A DNA stretch of 64,000 bases from Patescibacteria group bacterium (lineage in GTDB: Bacteria > Patescibacteriota > Minisyncoccia > Phycocordibacterales > XYD1-FULL-46-19). Below are positions 1-8,090 of the stretch, piece after piece. The notes below the pieces were generated by a model that saw only the letters and a program-made list of their open reading frames with translations, did not search any database and was not told the DNA's origin. The stretch covers positions 118,043 through 182,042 of the forward strand of contig JBMCHT010000001.1 of NCBI GenBank assembly GCA_048617235.1, given 5' to 3'. A program made the translations under genes and the position numbers. Position 1 is the stretch's first letter; each line of letters starts with the position of its first letter.

Positions 1-972
1 AAGATATAACACTAAATAAAAAGCCCCTTCCCAAGCATGAATTCTTCTGGAGATACCGGAAATAACAAACAAGAAAGTGGCCAAAACCATAACCGGTAAA
101 CCAATAGTTAAAGTTTGTTCATCTAAAATCAAGGTGTTAAACAAACCCGGAATACCTACTACCATTAAAATATTAAAAACATTAGAGCCGAAAATATTAC
201 CCAAAGCCACCTCCGAATTACCTCTTAAAGCCGCTTTAATGGAAACCAACAGTTCAGGTAAAGAAGTACCCAAAGCCACGGCTATAATGGTAATTACCCC
301 AACCGCTACATTAAAAATTAAAGATAACTCCACTAAAGCATCAACTAAATATTTAGATCCAAAAGCTATTCCCAAAGATCCAATAACCAAAAACACAAAA
401 TCCCAACCGGACCAATTAGATTTCTCTTTACTTTGATCATCTTTTTCTAAAGCAGTATTATTGTCTAAAGATTGATTATTCAAATGTGGATTAACCTCTT
501 TAAGTTCAAGACTATCAGAAACCTCTTTATATAAAATGGTATATAAAATGTATATTACAAAGGCCGAAAACATTAAGAGGGCTTCACCAAAAGTAACCAC
601 TCCATCAAAAACCACTATAGCAAAAATAATTGTACTAGCAGCCAATAGAGGTAAATCCAAATCAATTAAACTTTTACTAACCATTAATTGTTTACCGGCA
701 ATAGAGGCTACTCCCACTACTAATAAAATATTAGCCACATTAGAACCAATAGCATTAGCAGCCACCACTTCAGTCACCCCCTGCCAAACAGAAACTAAAG
801 ACACTACCAATTCCGGCAAGGAAGTTCCAATACTGACAATAGTCACTCCAATAATAAATGGCGACAACCCAACCGCCAAACCCAAACGCTCGGCACTTTC
901 TATTAACCAATCAACTCCTTTAACCAAAACAAATAAAGAAACAACAAACACTACCAACCAAAAAATTGTCAT
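1..972 (-). CDS. Calcium/sodium antiporter (CaCA, YrbG-like), 3' end runs off the window; absent from the ORF track
   Basis: Manual minus-strand translation from ATG at 972 (MTIFWLVVFVVSLFVLVKG...) gives two alpha-repeats, SIGTSLPEL...GSNVANI and ALGTSLPEL...GSNVFNI, and is highly hydrophobic. Confidence 0.9.
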   Translation of the reverse strand, partial: MTIFWLVVFVVSLFVLVKGVDWLIESAERLGLAVGLSPFIIGVTIVSIGTSLPELVVSLVSVWQGVTEVVAANAIGSNVANILLVVGVASIAGKQLMVSKSLIDLDLPLLAASTIIFAIVVFDGVVTFGEALLMFSAFVIYILYTILYKEVSDSLELKEVNPHLNNQSLDNNTALEKDDQSKEKSNWSGWDFVFLVIGSLGIAFGSKYLVDALVELSLIFNVAVGVITIIAVALGTSLPELLVSIKAALRGNSEVALGNIFGSNVFNILMVVGIPGLFNTLILDEQTLTIGLPVMVLATFLFVISGISRRIHAWEGAFYLVLYL

Positions 973-1043
973 AAAATAATTAATCTAAAAAATAAAAACA
1001 AACAGAGTAATTATAACATTACCTAAAAACAATAAACAATAAG

Positions 1044-1070
1044 AAAGCCGCCTCCCGGAGGAAGCGGCTT
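1044..1070 (-). terminator. Intrinsic terminator downstream of ddh
   Basis: Inverted repeat aagccgc...gcggctt followed by T-rich sequence on the minus strand. Confidence 0.65.
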
Positions 1071-1083
1071 GTTTGGAAAAAGC

Positions 1084-2112
1084 TTAGACGAAATGAAGCA
1101 TCTCTTCTTCCGACTCGAAAAAGAGATGGCCGGAGGCCACAGCCAGGGAGGAAAAAGCCCCCACTCGACCGGCTTGTTGGAAATTGCAAGTAGCTCGGGC
1201 GGCTGCCAACAGAATCCGAGCGGTGGCTTCGGCATTGCTTTGCCACTCCACCCGAAACTCCATCAAGCCGTTATCGCTTTTGGCGATAACCAGCCCGTCA
1301 TGGGGCATCCCCGGAAAACGATGGTAGAGTTCCTCTTGCAAGACAAACTCCACCTCTGTCTGAAACGGAGCGAAATAGCCGGGCATGCCGATTATAGCCT
1401 CCCGAATTCGCTCCCGTTCCCTACTGTCTACTGATTCCGTAGCTACAATACACTGTCGCCAGTGCATGTCGCCGGGGGTAAAAACCGGATTTTCTCCGGC
1501 TCGCACCCACTCAATCGCTTCTGGTTTGGCGTGAGTGAATTGACGGGCATCCACCACCCCCGGAATACTCCGGATGGCATCGGAATGCCCCATAGAGAGA
1601 CCTCCTGTCTTCGTCAAACCGTAAAAGGCATACGAGCGAACCCCTTCACCCAAAACGGCTTGAAAAAGAGCTCTCATGTTGGAAAAGAGCCCGGGATCCC
1701 AGCCTTGGCAAACCAAGGCGGTGTGACCGGTGGCTTTGGCCACCAGATCCATCTGGCGGAAATAGCCGATCCGGGGCAGGCCGGTCTCTTCATCTAAATA
1801 CTCACCGACATGGTCGTGAGTATCGAATGAATCAACCGTATTGGCCAAACCGGCCCAATACGGTCCCTGAACCGGCAAATCTGCCTTGGAGCCGCCACAC
1901 AAGATGGCCACATCGGACTTTTTCGCCAAAAGAGACATCATCCTACTGCCCCTTTCAGTTCCCACAACCAGATTCTCCGGAGCCCCGTCCCTGATGGCTC
2001 TCACCGGATTTCTGGTGACAATCCCCCTTACCCAAATCTTGGGGTGTATCTTTCTAGTCAACCGAAAGACGGTCTGGCCAATGTTGCCAAACCCCACAAT
2101 CACAATATCCAT
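1084..2112 (-). CDS. ddh: meso-diaminopimelate dehydrogenase
   Basis: GFGNIG Rossmann fold, LCGGSKADLP, NTVDSFDTH, GWDPGLFS and SMGHSDAIR motifs; strong AAAGGAG Shine-Dalgarno; visibly GC-richer than its flanks. Confidence 0.9.
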   Translation of the reverse strand: MDIVIVGFGNIGQTVFRLTRKIHPKIWVRGIVTRNPVRAIRDGAPENLVVGTERGSRMMSLLAKKSDVAILCGGSKADLPVQGPYWAGLANTVDSFDTHDHVGEYLDEETGLPRIGYFRQMDLVAKATGHTALVCQGWDPGLFSNMRALFQAVLGEGVRSYAFYGLTKTGGLSMGHSDAIRSIPGVVDARQFTHAKPEAIEWVRAGENPVFTPGDMHWRQCIVATESVDSRERERIREAIIGMPGYFAPFQTEVEFVLQEELYHRFPGMPHDGLVIAKSDNGLMEFRVEWQSNAEATARILLAAARATCNFQQAGRVGAFSSLAVASGHLFFESEEEMLHFV

Positions 2113-2201
2113 TTCATTCTCCTTTCTCGGTCAAACAAATGGCCGATTTTGTATCTAATCCATCTCTAACATAAAAAAATACTTCTGTATATAACAAAAA
2201 A

Positions 2202-2837
2202 TTATGATTGTTTCAATTGATCTATTTTATTTAATAAAGAATGAAAACCATCCTCAAAGGCGGCATACCATTGACCACGAGGGCCTTTTCTCCAATTTTC
2301 TTGAGTAATTTCAACCATCTTGCCGGTTTCTTTATCTCCCACTTTTTTACCTAAACCTCTAGTAATCTCATGCGCCCAATCCTTAAATTGCTTCATTAAA
2401 GTTTTACGATCTTTACTGATAATCTCAGTAAAAATACCTTCAATTGAAAAAGTATCTAGACCGCCAAAAGCATAATCAATTCTTGGTCTTGATTTGTACA
2501 CAAAGGACTGGATTAACAAACTCTCGGTTATATCCAAAGGTTCTAAAAAATTTTTTATTTTAGATTCATAATTACTACCTAAATCCTTTTCCATATTTTG
2601 TCTAATTTCCTGTATTTTATCTTCTTGGCGAGCTTTATCTCCCAATCTTTTAAGACTGGATTCTAAATTAGTTATATTTTCCATAACTTTTCTTTTTTCA
2701 TCTTCAGAAACCCTATTATTATTTTTAGTCAGTTTTTCCAATTCAGATTTTAATTGCTCTAAAACTGAATTAAATAACTCTAAATCAGCCTCTTCTGAAG
2801 AAGGTTGGATTTTATCTTCATTTGCAAAATTTTCCAT
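2202..2837 (-). CDS. Hypothetical protein with coiled-coil N-terminus
   Basis: 211-aa ORF with no recognised motif. Confidence 0.6.
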   Translation of the reverse strand: MENFANEDKIQPSSEEADLELFNSVLEQLKSELEKLTKNNNRVSEDEKRKVMENITNLESSLKRLGDKARQEDKIQEIRQNMEKDLGSNYESKIKNFLEPLDITESLLIQSFVYKSRPRIDYAFGGLDTFSIEGIFTEIISKDRKTLMKQFKDWAHEITRGLGKKVGDKETGKMVEITQENWRKGPRGQWYAAFEDGFHSLLNKIDQLKQS

Positions 2838-2912
2838 AATATCTTAAAAAACTTAAATTTTAATCTCCGAATAACTGACTATACAATAATATAAAAATTA
2901 ACAAATTTAAAA

Positions 2913-4169
2913 TTAAATAAAAAATTGAGTATTTAGATTCACTATTTTTTCAATTTCATCAAATTCGGCGTCAACCGGCAATTCTCTAAAAAAGGAACCG
3001 ATCCTTAAACAATAAATTGGATATAAAGCTTCTAATATTTGTTCTTTTTCCAATATTTTGGTCGTTTGTCTGAAATGAAATAGAAAATCATAAAGAATTT
3101 CTGCCCAAAAATCAACTGCTAAATAAATATGTCCATCACTTGATTCAGCACAATTCTGTAATTGAATAAATATCTTAGGTTTAACAATCTTTTTTATAAT
3201 ATTTGAACTATTTACAAAATTATCTTTAAAAGCTCTTAAATAAAAAAGAGTTTCTTGATCTGGATTATAAAGTTGTTTTATTTTTTCATTTATTTTTCTT
3301 TTTGGGAATATAAAATGATTTTTGTTTATTTCTAAAAAACCAAAGAGACTACCAATTATCTGAATAATAGCTTTTTTATACTTATTATCCACCACCGGTA
3401 AAGATGAATGGGATATAAATCCTAAATAAGGTTCTGCTATTTTTTTATTATTTTCTAACAAAAAAGCGGTATAAAAAATATCAATACCATAACCTGAAAT
3501 GTTTTCAACAAACCAATAAGATTCACTTATATTATTTGTAAATATAGCTAATTCTTCAACAATATCTCTGGTAAAAGATCTTAATCCACCCAACGGATGT
3601 CTGGGGGTTTGATTATAAAAAGCAGACAAAACCGGAAAAGCAAAATTATTGGTTGTTTCTGCATCATAGGCTCTGCGATAAACAGTTGGTATAACAGCAC
3701 AAGATTTTTTATCAAAAAAAATGGGTTCCAATAGTTTAACAATCCAATCTTGATTAATATTAGTAACATCGGCATCAAAAAACACTATTCCAAATTTAAA
3801 CCACTTAGCTATATCAACAAACAACCTCAAACTCCAACCTTTTCCAACTAAATTTTCATTTTTAGATAAACCAAAAAATTTAATATTTTCATCTTGTGGT
3901 AATTTAATTTTTTCAATTTCAATATCAGAGTAAAATTCACCAATAACCATTAAAAGAAAGATTTTACTGGGATAATTTTCTTTTAAACCTGATTGGATTT
4001 TTAAAAGAGTAGATTGAACCGTTTCTAAACTTTCTCGAGAAAAAGGTACCCCGACCACTATATCTAATTGTGAATCCGAAATATTATTAAAATCTAAAAT
4101 TTGATTTAATAATTTAGAATAATCTGAATTTTTAGATTGATACTGTCTATTATTTGAGTTAATAATCAT
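2913..4169 (-). CDS. GT-A fold glycosyltransferase, glucosylglycerate/mannosylglycerate synthase-like
   Basis: VVGVPF, GKG, FFDAD (DxD), YRRAYDAETTNNFAFP, PLGG and YGIDIF motifs. Confidence 0.65.
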   Translation of the reverse strand: MIINSNNRQYQSKNSDYSKLLNQILDFNNISDSQLDIVVGVPFSRESLETVQSTLLKIQSGLKENYPSKIFLLMVIGEFYSDIEIEKIKLPQDENIKFFGLSKNENLVGKGWSLRLFVDIAKWFKFGIVFFDADVTNINQDWIVKLLEPIFFDKKSCAVIPTVYRRAYDAETTNNFAFPVLSAFYNQTPRHPLGGLRSFTRDIVEELAIFTNNISESYWFVENISGYGIDIFYTAFLLENNKKIAEPYLGFISHSSLPVVDNKYKKAIIQIIGSLFGFLEINKNHFIFPKRKINEKIKQLYNPDQETLFYLRAFKDNFVNSSNIIKKIVKPKIFIQLQNCAESSDGHIYLAVDFWAEILYDFLFHFRQTTKILEKEQILEALYPIYCLRIGSFFRELPVDAEFDEIEKIVNLNTQFFI

Positions 4170-4188
4170 ATTTTCATCTTACTAAAAT

Positions 4189-4216
4189 AAAAAAAGCGTT
4201 CACCGTGGTGGACACT
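4189..4216 (-). terminator. Intrinsic terminator closing the structured RNA
   Basis: Minus strand AGUGUCCAC-CACG-GUGAACGCU hairpin followed by a U-tract. Confidence 0.65.
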
Positions 4217-4398
4217 TTAGCCTGTTGTTCTGGTGAGGAGTTTCCGACCTCCCACGCCCCCAGCCACAAATCTATACACTGCGGATCCAGCTTTGATTGT
4301 GTTTCGCTCATCTATCCGAAGGAGAGCGATCCGGGCTCAGTCCTCCCTGAGTATACGGACTCGAGCTTCCGTATGTACACCAGAACAACAGACTGCTA
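4190..4398 (-). ncRNA. Unidentified ~200-nt structured RNA
   Basis: GC-rich island in an AT-rich intergenic region; 16-bp closing helix 4378-4393/4220-4235 with several internal hairpins; flanked by a promoter and a terminator. Confidence 0.75.
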
Positions 4399-4404
4399 TT
4401 AGCA

Positions 4405-4433
4405 AATATAAACTATATAAACTAGATAGTCAA
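4405..4433 (-). promoter_or_regulatory. sigma70 promoter for the structured RNA
   Basis: TTGACT (4428-4433), 17-bp spacer, TATATT (4405-4410). Confidence 0.7.
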
Positions 4434-4483
4434 TGCTATTTAAATACTTAATTTGTTAAAGTAATCTTATGAGATTTGAGAGT

Positions 4484-4822
4484 TCAAATAATCAAACAAC
4501 CACACTGTTTCTGTTTTAAAAGCTCTTTTTGTTCTTTTGGGGTATTAATAAAAATTCTTTGTTTAATTTGACCTTTGGCTAATTTTTCATCCAATGGTGA
4601 ATAATGATTATAGCCCCGCTTTTTAAATTCTTCAATTAATTTTTCATGTCTTAAATAAAGAGCCTTTTCTTTACCAACCCAACGTAAAGTTTCCGGATGA
4701 TAAGCATAACCTCCTGTCAATTTATGCTTGGTTAAAATATTCCACAAACCGTGTAATTCCCGGTGCTCGGCTAATAAATGCTTCCGACATAAATATTTTG
4801 GATGAATATCCCAAATGCGCAT
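4484..4822 (-). CDS. Pyrimidine-dimer DNA glycosylase / T4 endonuclease V family protein
   Basis: MRIWDIHPKYLCRKHLLAEHRELH...HPETLRW...RGYNH pattern. Confidence 0.8.
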   Translation of the reverse strand: MRIWDIHPKYLCRKHLLAEHRELHGLWNILTKHKLTGGYAYHPETLRWVGKEKALYLRHEKLIEEFKKRGYNHYSPLDEKLAKGQIKQRIFINTPKEQKELLKQKQCGCLII

Positions 4823-4905
4823 AATATTTTAATAATATATAAACCAAATTTAATATCCCTACCTATAATTTTTATCAAAAAGAAAACATTAACAAGAAAC
4901 TCTAT

Positions 4906-5601
4906 TTAATTAGAAACTTTATAAATTAAATGAAGATAAGAATTCTGTAATTTATTAACCGACTGAAGCTCTAATGCTTTTAGTTTAAACAATTCATCTT
5001 TTGAATGAAGGGATTCTCCGTCCATTAAGGTAGCTGTATCTTTTCCTCCAATCATTGCCGGGGCTATCACTAAAGAAATGTAATCTATCAAACCATTTCT
5101 AATAAACTTAGCATTTAATGTCCCACCAGTTTGAACAGTTACACCTTCGGCTCCGAAATTATTTTTTAATTTTGAAAACATGTCGGTAAAATCAATTTCA
5201 TTATCATATTTTAAAATCTCTATATTATCTAACTCTGCTTTAAGTTTAAAAACCGGGTGATCTTTATTAGTCGTAACTAAAATTAAGCTTTTTCCTTTTT
5301 TAGATATATATCTAATACCATTTTCATTTAAACGTGGTTTATTGTCTATCACTACAAAAGTTACCGGGATTTTAATTGGTTCATCAGTCTTTTCATTAAA
5401 ACCGATTTTAGAAAAAACTCGACCGGAATTTAAAGAGAAAAAATCTGTTGTCTTTTCTATTTCATAATATTGGCCAAGCCCCTCCTTTAAACCATCAATT
5501 TTCGGAAAATCCGAATCAACATCCATAATATCCGTATCTCCGGTTGAGATCTTTCCATCTACGGAAGAAAGCATAAATAAAGTAGTAATTGGTCTGTTCA
5601 T
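4906..5601 (-). CDS. RibD C-terminal / dihydrofolate reductase family protein
   Basis: SSVDGKISTG, GGTLNAKFIRNGLIDYISLVIAP and IGG motifs. Confidence 0.85.
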   Translation of the reverse strand: MNRPITTLFMLSSVDGKISTGDTDIMDVDSDFPKIDGLKEGLGQYYEIEKTTDFFSLNSGRVFSKIGFNEKTDEPIKIPVTFVVIDNKPRLNENGIRYISKKGKSLILVTTNKDHPVFKLKAELDNIEILKYDNEIDFTDMFSKLKNNFGAEGVTVQTGGTLNAKFIRNGLIDYISLVIAPAMIGGKDTATLMDGESLHSKDELFKLKALELQSVNKLQNSYLHLIYKVSN

Positions 5602-5668
5602 AAAAATTAATATAATGTAGATTTAAAAACTATATATTCATATATAATATAACTATTTTAAAGAAAAG

Positions 5669-5692
5669 AAAACCGCCCTCCAACGGTTTTCG
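5669..5692 (-). terminator. Probable terminator of the orphan ORF at 5711-6076
   Basis: gaaaaccg...cggttttc inverted repeat with a T-run on the minus strand. Confidence 0.5.
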
Positions 5693-5710
5693 TTGTGGGC
5701 GACCTTACAC

Positions 5711-6076
5711 TTACAACAAGCTCACGGCGTGATCGAAATCGTTGATCCAGTGTTTAGTGAGGATTTCACAAATCACTGGCAAACCACCATCAACATCAAC
5801 AATCTCCATCCATATGTGAACTTGCCCTTTCCCCCCATCGAACTCAGGATAATCCCAGATTGCCTTTGGGCCAAAGCTGACACTCCCACCACACTCAGAG
5901 GAGAAATGAAGTCGGTAAATATCCTCTCCAATAGGAGGAACAAAATCCCTCTCCAAAATATAGTACCATCCCTTTTTGAGGATCTCGGGATCAAATGCCC
6001 CTTCATCTTCCTCCCCCACCTCTATAGATTCGATGAAATCACTCCCAAACTCATTAAAGAGTAACAAGAACTTCAT
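5711..6076 (-). CDS. Acidic orphan protein (~121 aa)
   Basis: AAAGGAGG SD precedes ATG at 6076; upstream TTGACT-17bp-TATAAT promoter; GC-richer than flanks. Confidence 0.65.
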   Translation of the reverse strand: MKFLLLFNEFGSDFIESIEVGEEDEGAFDPEILKKGWYYILERDFVPPIGEDIYRLHFSSECGGSVSFGPKAIWDYPEFDGGKGQVHIWMEIVDVDGGLPVICEILTKHWINDFDHAVSLL

Positions 6077-6361
6077 TGGAAAACCTCCTTTCAGTTTGTT
6101 GTTCACATGTTACTGTACAATCCATTTTCAATTATATAGTCTTTTTTTATGTTAGTCAAGTCGAAACGGTTCGAATGTCCAGTAAACCCCAACCAAAATA
6201 CCGCCCACTAAGGCGGTATTATCTGGGGCTCCCCCTTTTGGACGAGTTTAGAACTTTGGATTGGGATAAAATAAAGAGGGAATTTGAAGAATTTGGGATT
6301 TTTGGAATATTTCCAAATCTACAACTTTAGAACTAAAAACTATCCTGATACAATTGTCTTA

Positions 6362-6856
6362 ATGAAAAACTTAGCATTTATTGACTGACAAAATCTATAT
6401 ATGGGAACCAAAAGTTGCAACCCTCCCTAGAAAGTTGATTTAGTTAAATTTAGAAAATATTTACTAGATAAGTACCAAGTAAATGAAGCTTATTATTTTT
6501 TAGGTTATGTTCAGAATGAAAATGAAGAATTGTATGACAAAGTACAAAAAGCGGGATTTATTTTAAAATTTAGAGAACATAATCCAGTAATGCTTGGTAA
6601 GAAAAAAGGTAATGTTGATTCTGATATTATTTTTGAAATAATGAAAAAACTCTATCTAAGAGAAGATTTTGAAAAAATTGTTTTAGTATCTGGTGATGGT
6701 GACTACAAAATGCTTGTAGATTTTTTAATTGAAGAAAATAAATTTGCTATGTTATTGTTTCCAAACGAAAAATTTGCTTCTTCTTTGTATAAAAAAATTA
6801 AGTCTGATCACAAGGCTTTTCTGGAAGATAGTGACATTAAAAAGAAAATTTCTTAA
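6362..6856 (+). pseudogene. NYN (LabA/PIN-like) domain nuclease with two in-frame stops
   Basis: MKNLAFID*QNLYMG...PP*KVDL...KGNVDSD...LVSGDGDY; TGA at 6386-6388 and TAG at 6428-6430, in frame with the tracked 6530-6856 ORF. Confidence 0.85.
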
Positions 6857-6880
6857 TTAAGACAAAGCTATATAATAAAA

Positions 6881-6922
6881 GAAAAAGGCCCCTTAGGTAT
6901 TTAGCCGTTCGGGTCCTTTTTC
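6881..6922. terminator. Hairpin downstream of the NYN gene, possibly a bidirectional terminator or small RNA
   Basis: gaaaaagg-cccc...gggt-cctttttc inverted repeat. Confidence 0.5.
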
Positions 6923-7019
6923 GTCTTGATATCTATATAGTTACAAATTTACAGAAAAAGTCAAGTATTATAGGTAATGTGTACACTCTTTTGGCACACT
7001 TTATTTTTCTTTACATTAG

Positions 7020-7334
7020 CTCCGCGGGCAGGACTCGAACCTGCGACCAATCGATTACACTTATCCTAAAATTACTTCTAGGGGTGGACTATATCATCAT
7101 CATATTTGTAAAAAACAAACTTAGATGCGAGGCGCTTCCCCTCCGATATTTTCGGAGAGTACTCCTAAAAAGGATAGTCTCTGAACCTTCCCTATCTATA
7201 ATTATTATCAGGGCTTGGCTGCTGATTGCCCTATTAGGGTTTCCAGCAATTCACCTCGTTATTCACCTTTAGATTTCTCTAAAGGGCTGCAACTAACTTA
7301 CAGTCGACCGCTCTACCAACTGAGCTACCGCGGA
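7020..7334 (-). tRNA. tRNA-Asn(GUU) interrupted by an intron; exons 7300-7334 and 7020-7057
   Basis: Joined exons give TCCGCGGTAGCTCAGTTGGTAGAGCGGTCGACTGT|TAATCGATTGGTCGCAGGTTCGAGTCCTGCCCGCGGAG, a full cloverleaf with anticodon GT^T; CCA is not encoded. Confidence 0.93.
7058..7299 (-). ncRNA. Group I intron, 242 nt, no ORF
   Basis: P/Q/R/S-like elements AAUUGCUGGAAA, AAUCAGCAG, GUUCAGAGACUA and GAUAUAGUCC; upstream exon ends in U and intron ends in G. Confidence 0.92.
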
Positions 7335-7415
7335 ATATTTAATTTAATAAAGACCAACTGTCTAAATACTAGCAAAAAGAAATAAAAAAGCCAAGAGATG
7401 TTATATAATACAATT

Positions 7416-8090
7416 ATGGAAAACATAATAGCCATCTGGAAACCTGCCGGCCCTACCTCTCACGATATTATCAATCAATTACGCCGACAAACCGGGATTA
7501 AAAAAATCGGTCATGCCGGGACTTTGGATCCTTTGGCTGAAGGAATTTTAGTGGTAGGTATCGGTCGGGCAGGAACTAAACAATTAACTGAATTGGTTTC
7601 TAAAAAGAAAGAATACCAAGCGATTATTTGTTTGGGAGCGGAATCGGAAACCGATGATGCCCAAGGCCCGATTACTCCCCGACCCTCTGTTATTATTCCG
7701 AATTTAAATCAAATTGAAACTGCTATTAAAAAATTTATTGGTCGAATTAAACAACAACCGCCCATATATAGCGCTCTTAAAATTAAAGGCCGGCCAGCCT
7801 ATAAAATAGCCCGGGGTGGAGAAAAACCGGTTTTAAAAACCAGATCGGTGAATATTTTTAAAATTGATATTCTTTCTTATGATTACCCGAATTTAACTTT
7901 AAAAATAGAAACCGGTTCGGGAGTCTATATCCGGGCTCTGGCTCGAGATTTGGGTGAGGTATTGGAAACCGGTGCTTATTTAGCCCGATTAACCAGAACC
8001 CGAGTCGGTAGCTTTGATAAAACCAATTGTGTTAGGATAGATGAATTGCCAGATAATTATAAAAAAGAATATGCCTCAAAAACAAACTAA
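7416..8090 (+). CDS. truB: tRNA pseudouridine(55) synthase
   Basis: KIGHAGTLDPLAEG, PPIYSALK and SGVYIRALARDLG motifs; start chosen at MENII. Confidence 0.95.
   Translation: MENIIAIWKPAGPTSHDIINQLRRQTGIKKIGHAGTLDPLAEGILVVGIGRAGTKQLTELVSKKKEYQAIICLGAESETDDAQGPITPRPSVIIPNLNQIETAIKKFIGRIKQQPPIYSALKIKGRPAYKIARGGEKPVLKTRSVNIFKIDILSYDYPNLTLKIETGSGVYIRALARDLGEVLETGAYLARLTRTRVGSFDKTNCVRIDELPDNYKKEYASKTN

Noticed and set aside
77-979. Plus-strand ORFs 77-436 and 536-979
   Set aside because: Antisense shadows of the minus-strand Ca/Na antiporter.
1019-2158. Several short ORFs overlapping ddh
   Set aside because: Alternative-frame artefacts of a GC-rich gene.
4205-4451. Two plus-strand ORFs over the structured region
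   Set aside because: No RBS or motifs; the promoter, terminator and G-U pairing favour a minus-strand RNA.
5693-6064. Plus-strand 123-aa ORF
   Set aside because: The minus-strand ORF has the promoter, SD and terminator.
6386-6388. Genome-wide UGA=Gly recoding
   Set aside because: Core genes are full length under code 11, TGA ends tsaC and other genes, and the NYN gene also has a TAG.
6979-7272. 97-aa ORF as an intron homing endonuclease
   Set aside because: It is antisense to the tRNA and intron, lacks LAGLIDADG/HNH/GIY-YIG motifs, and the intron is too short.
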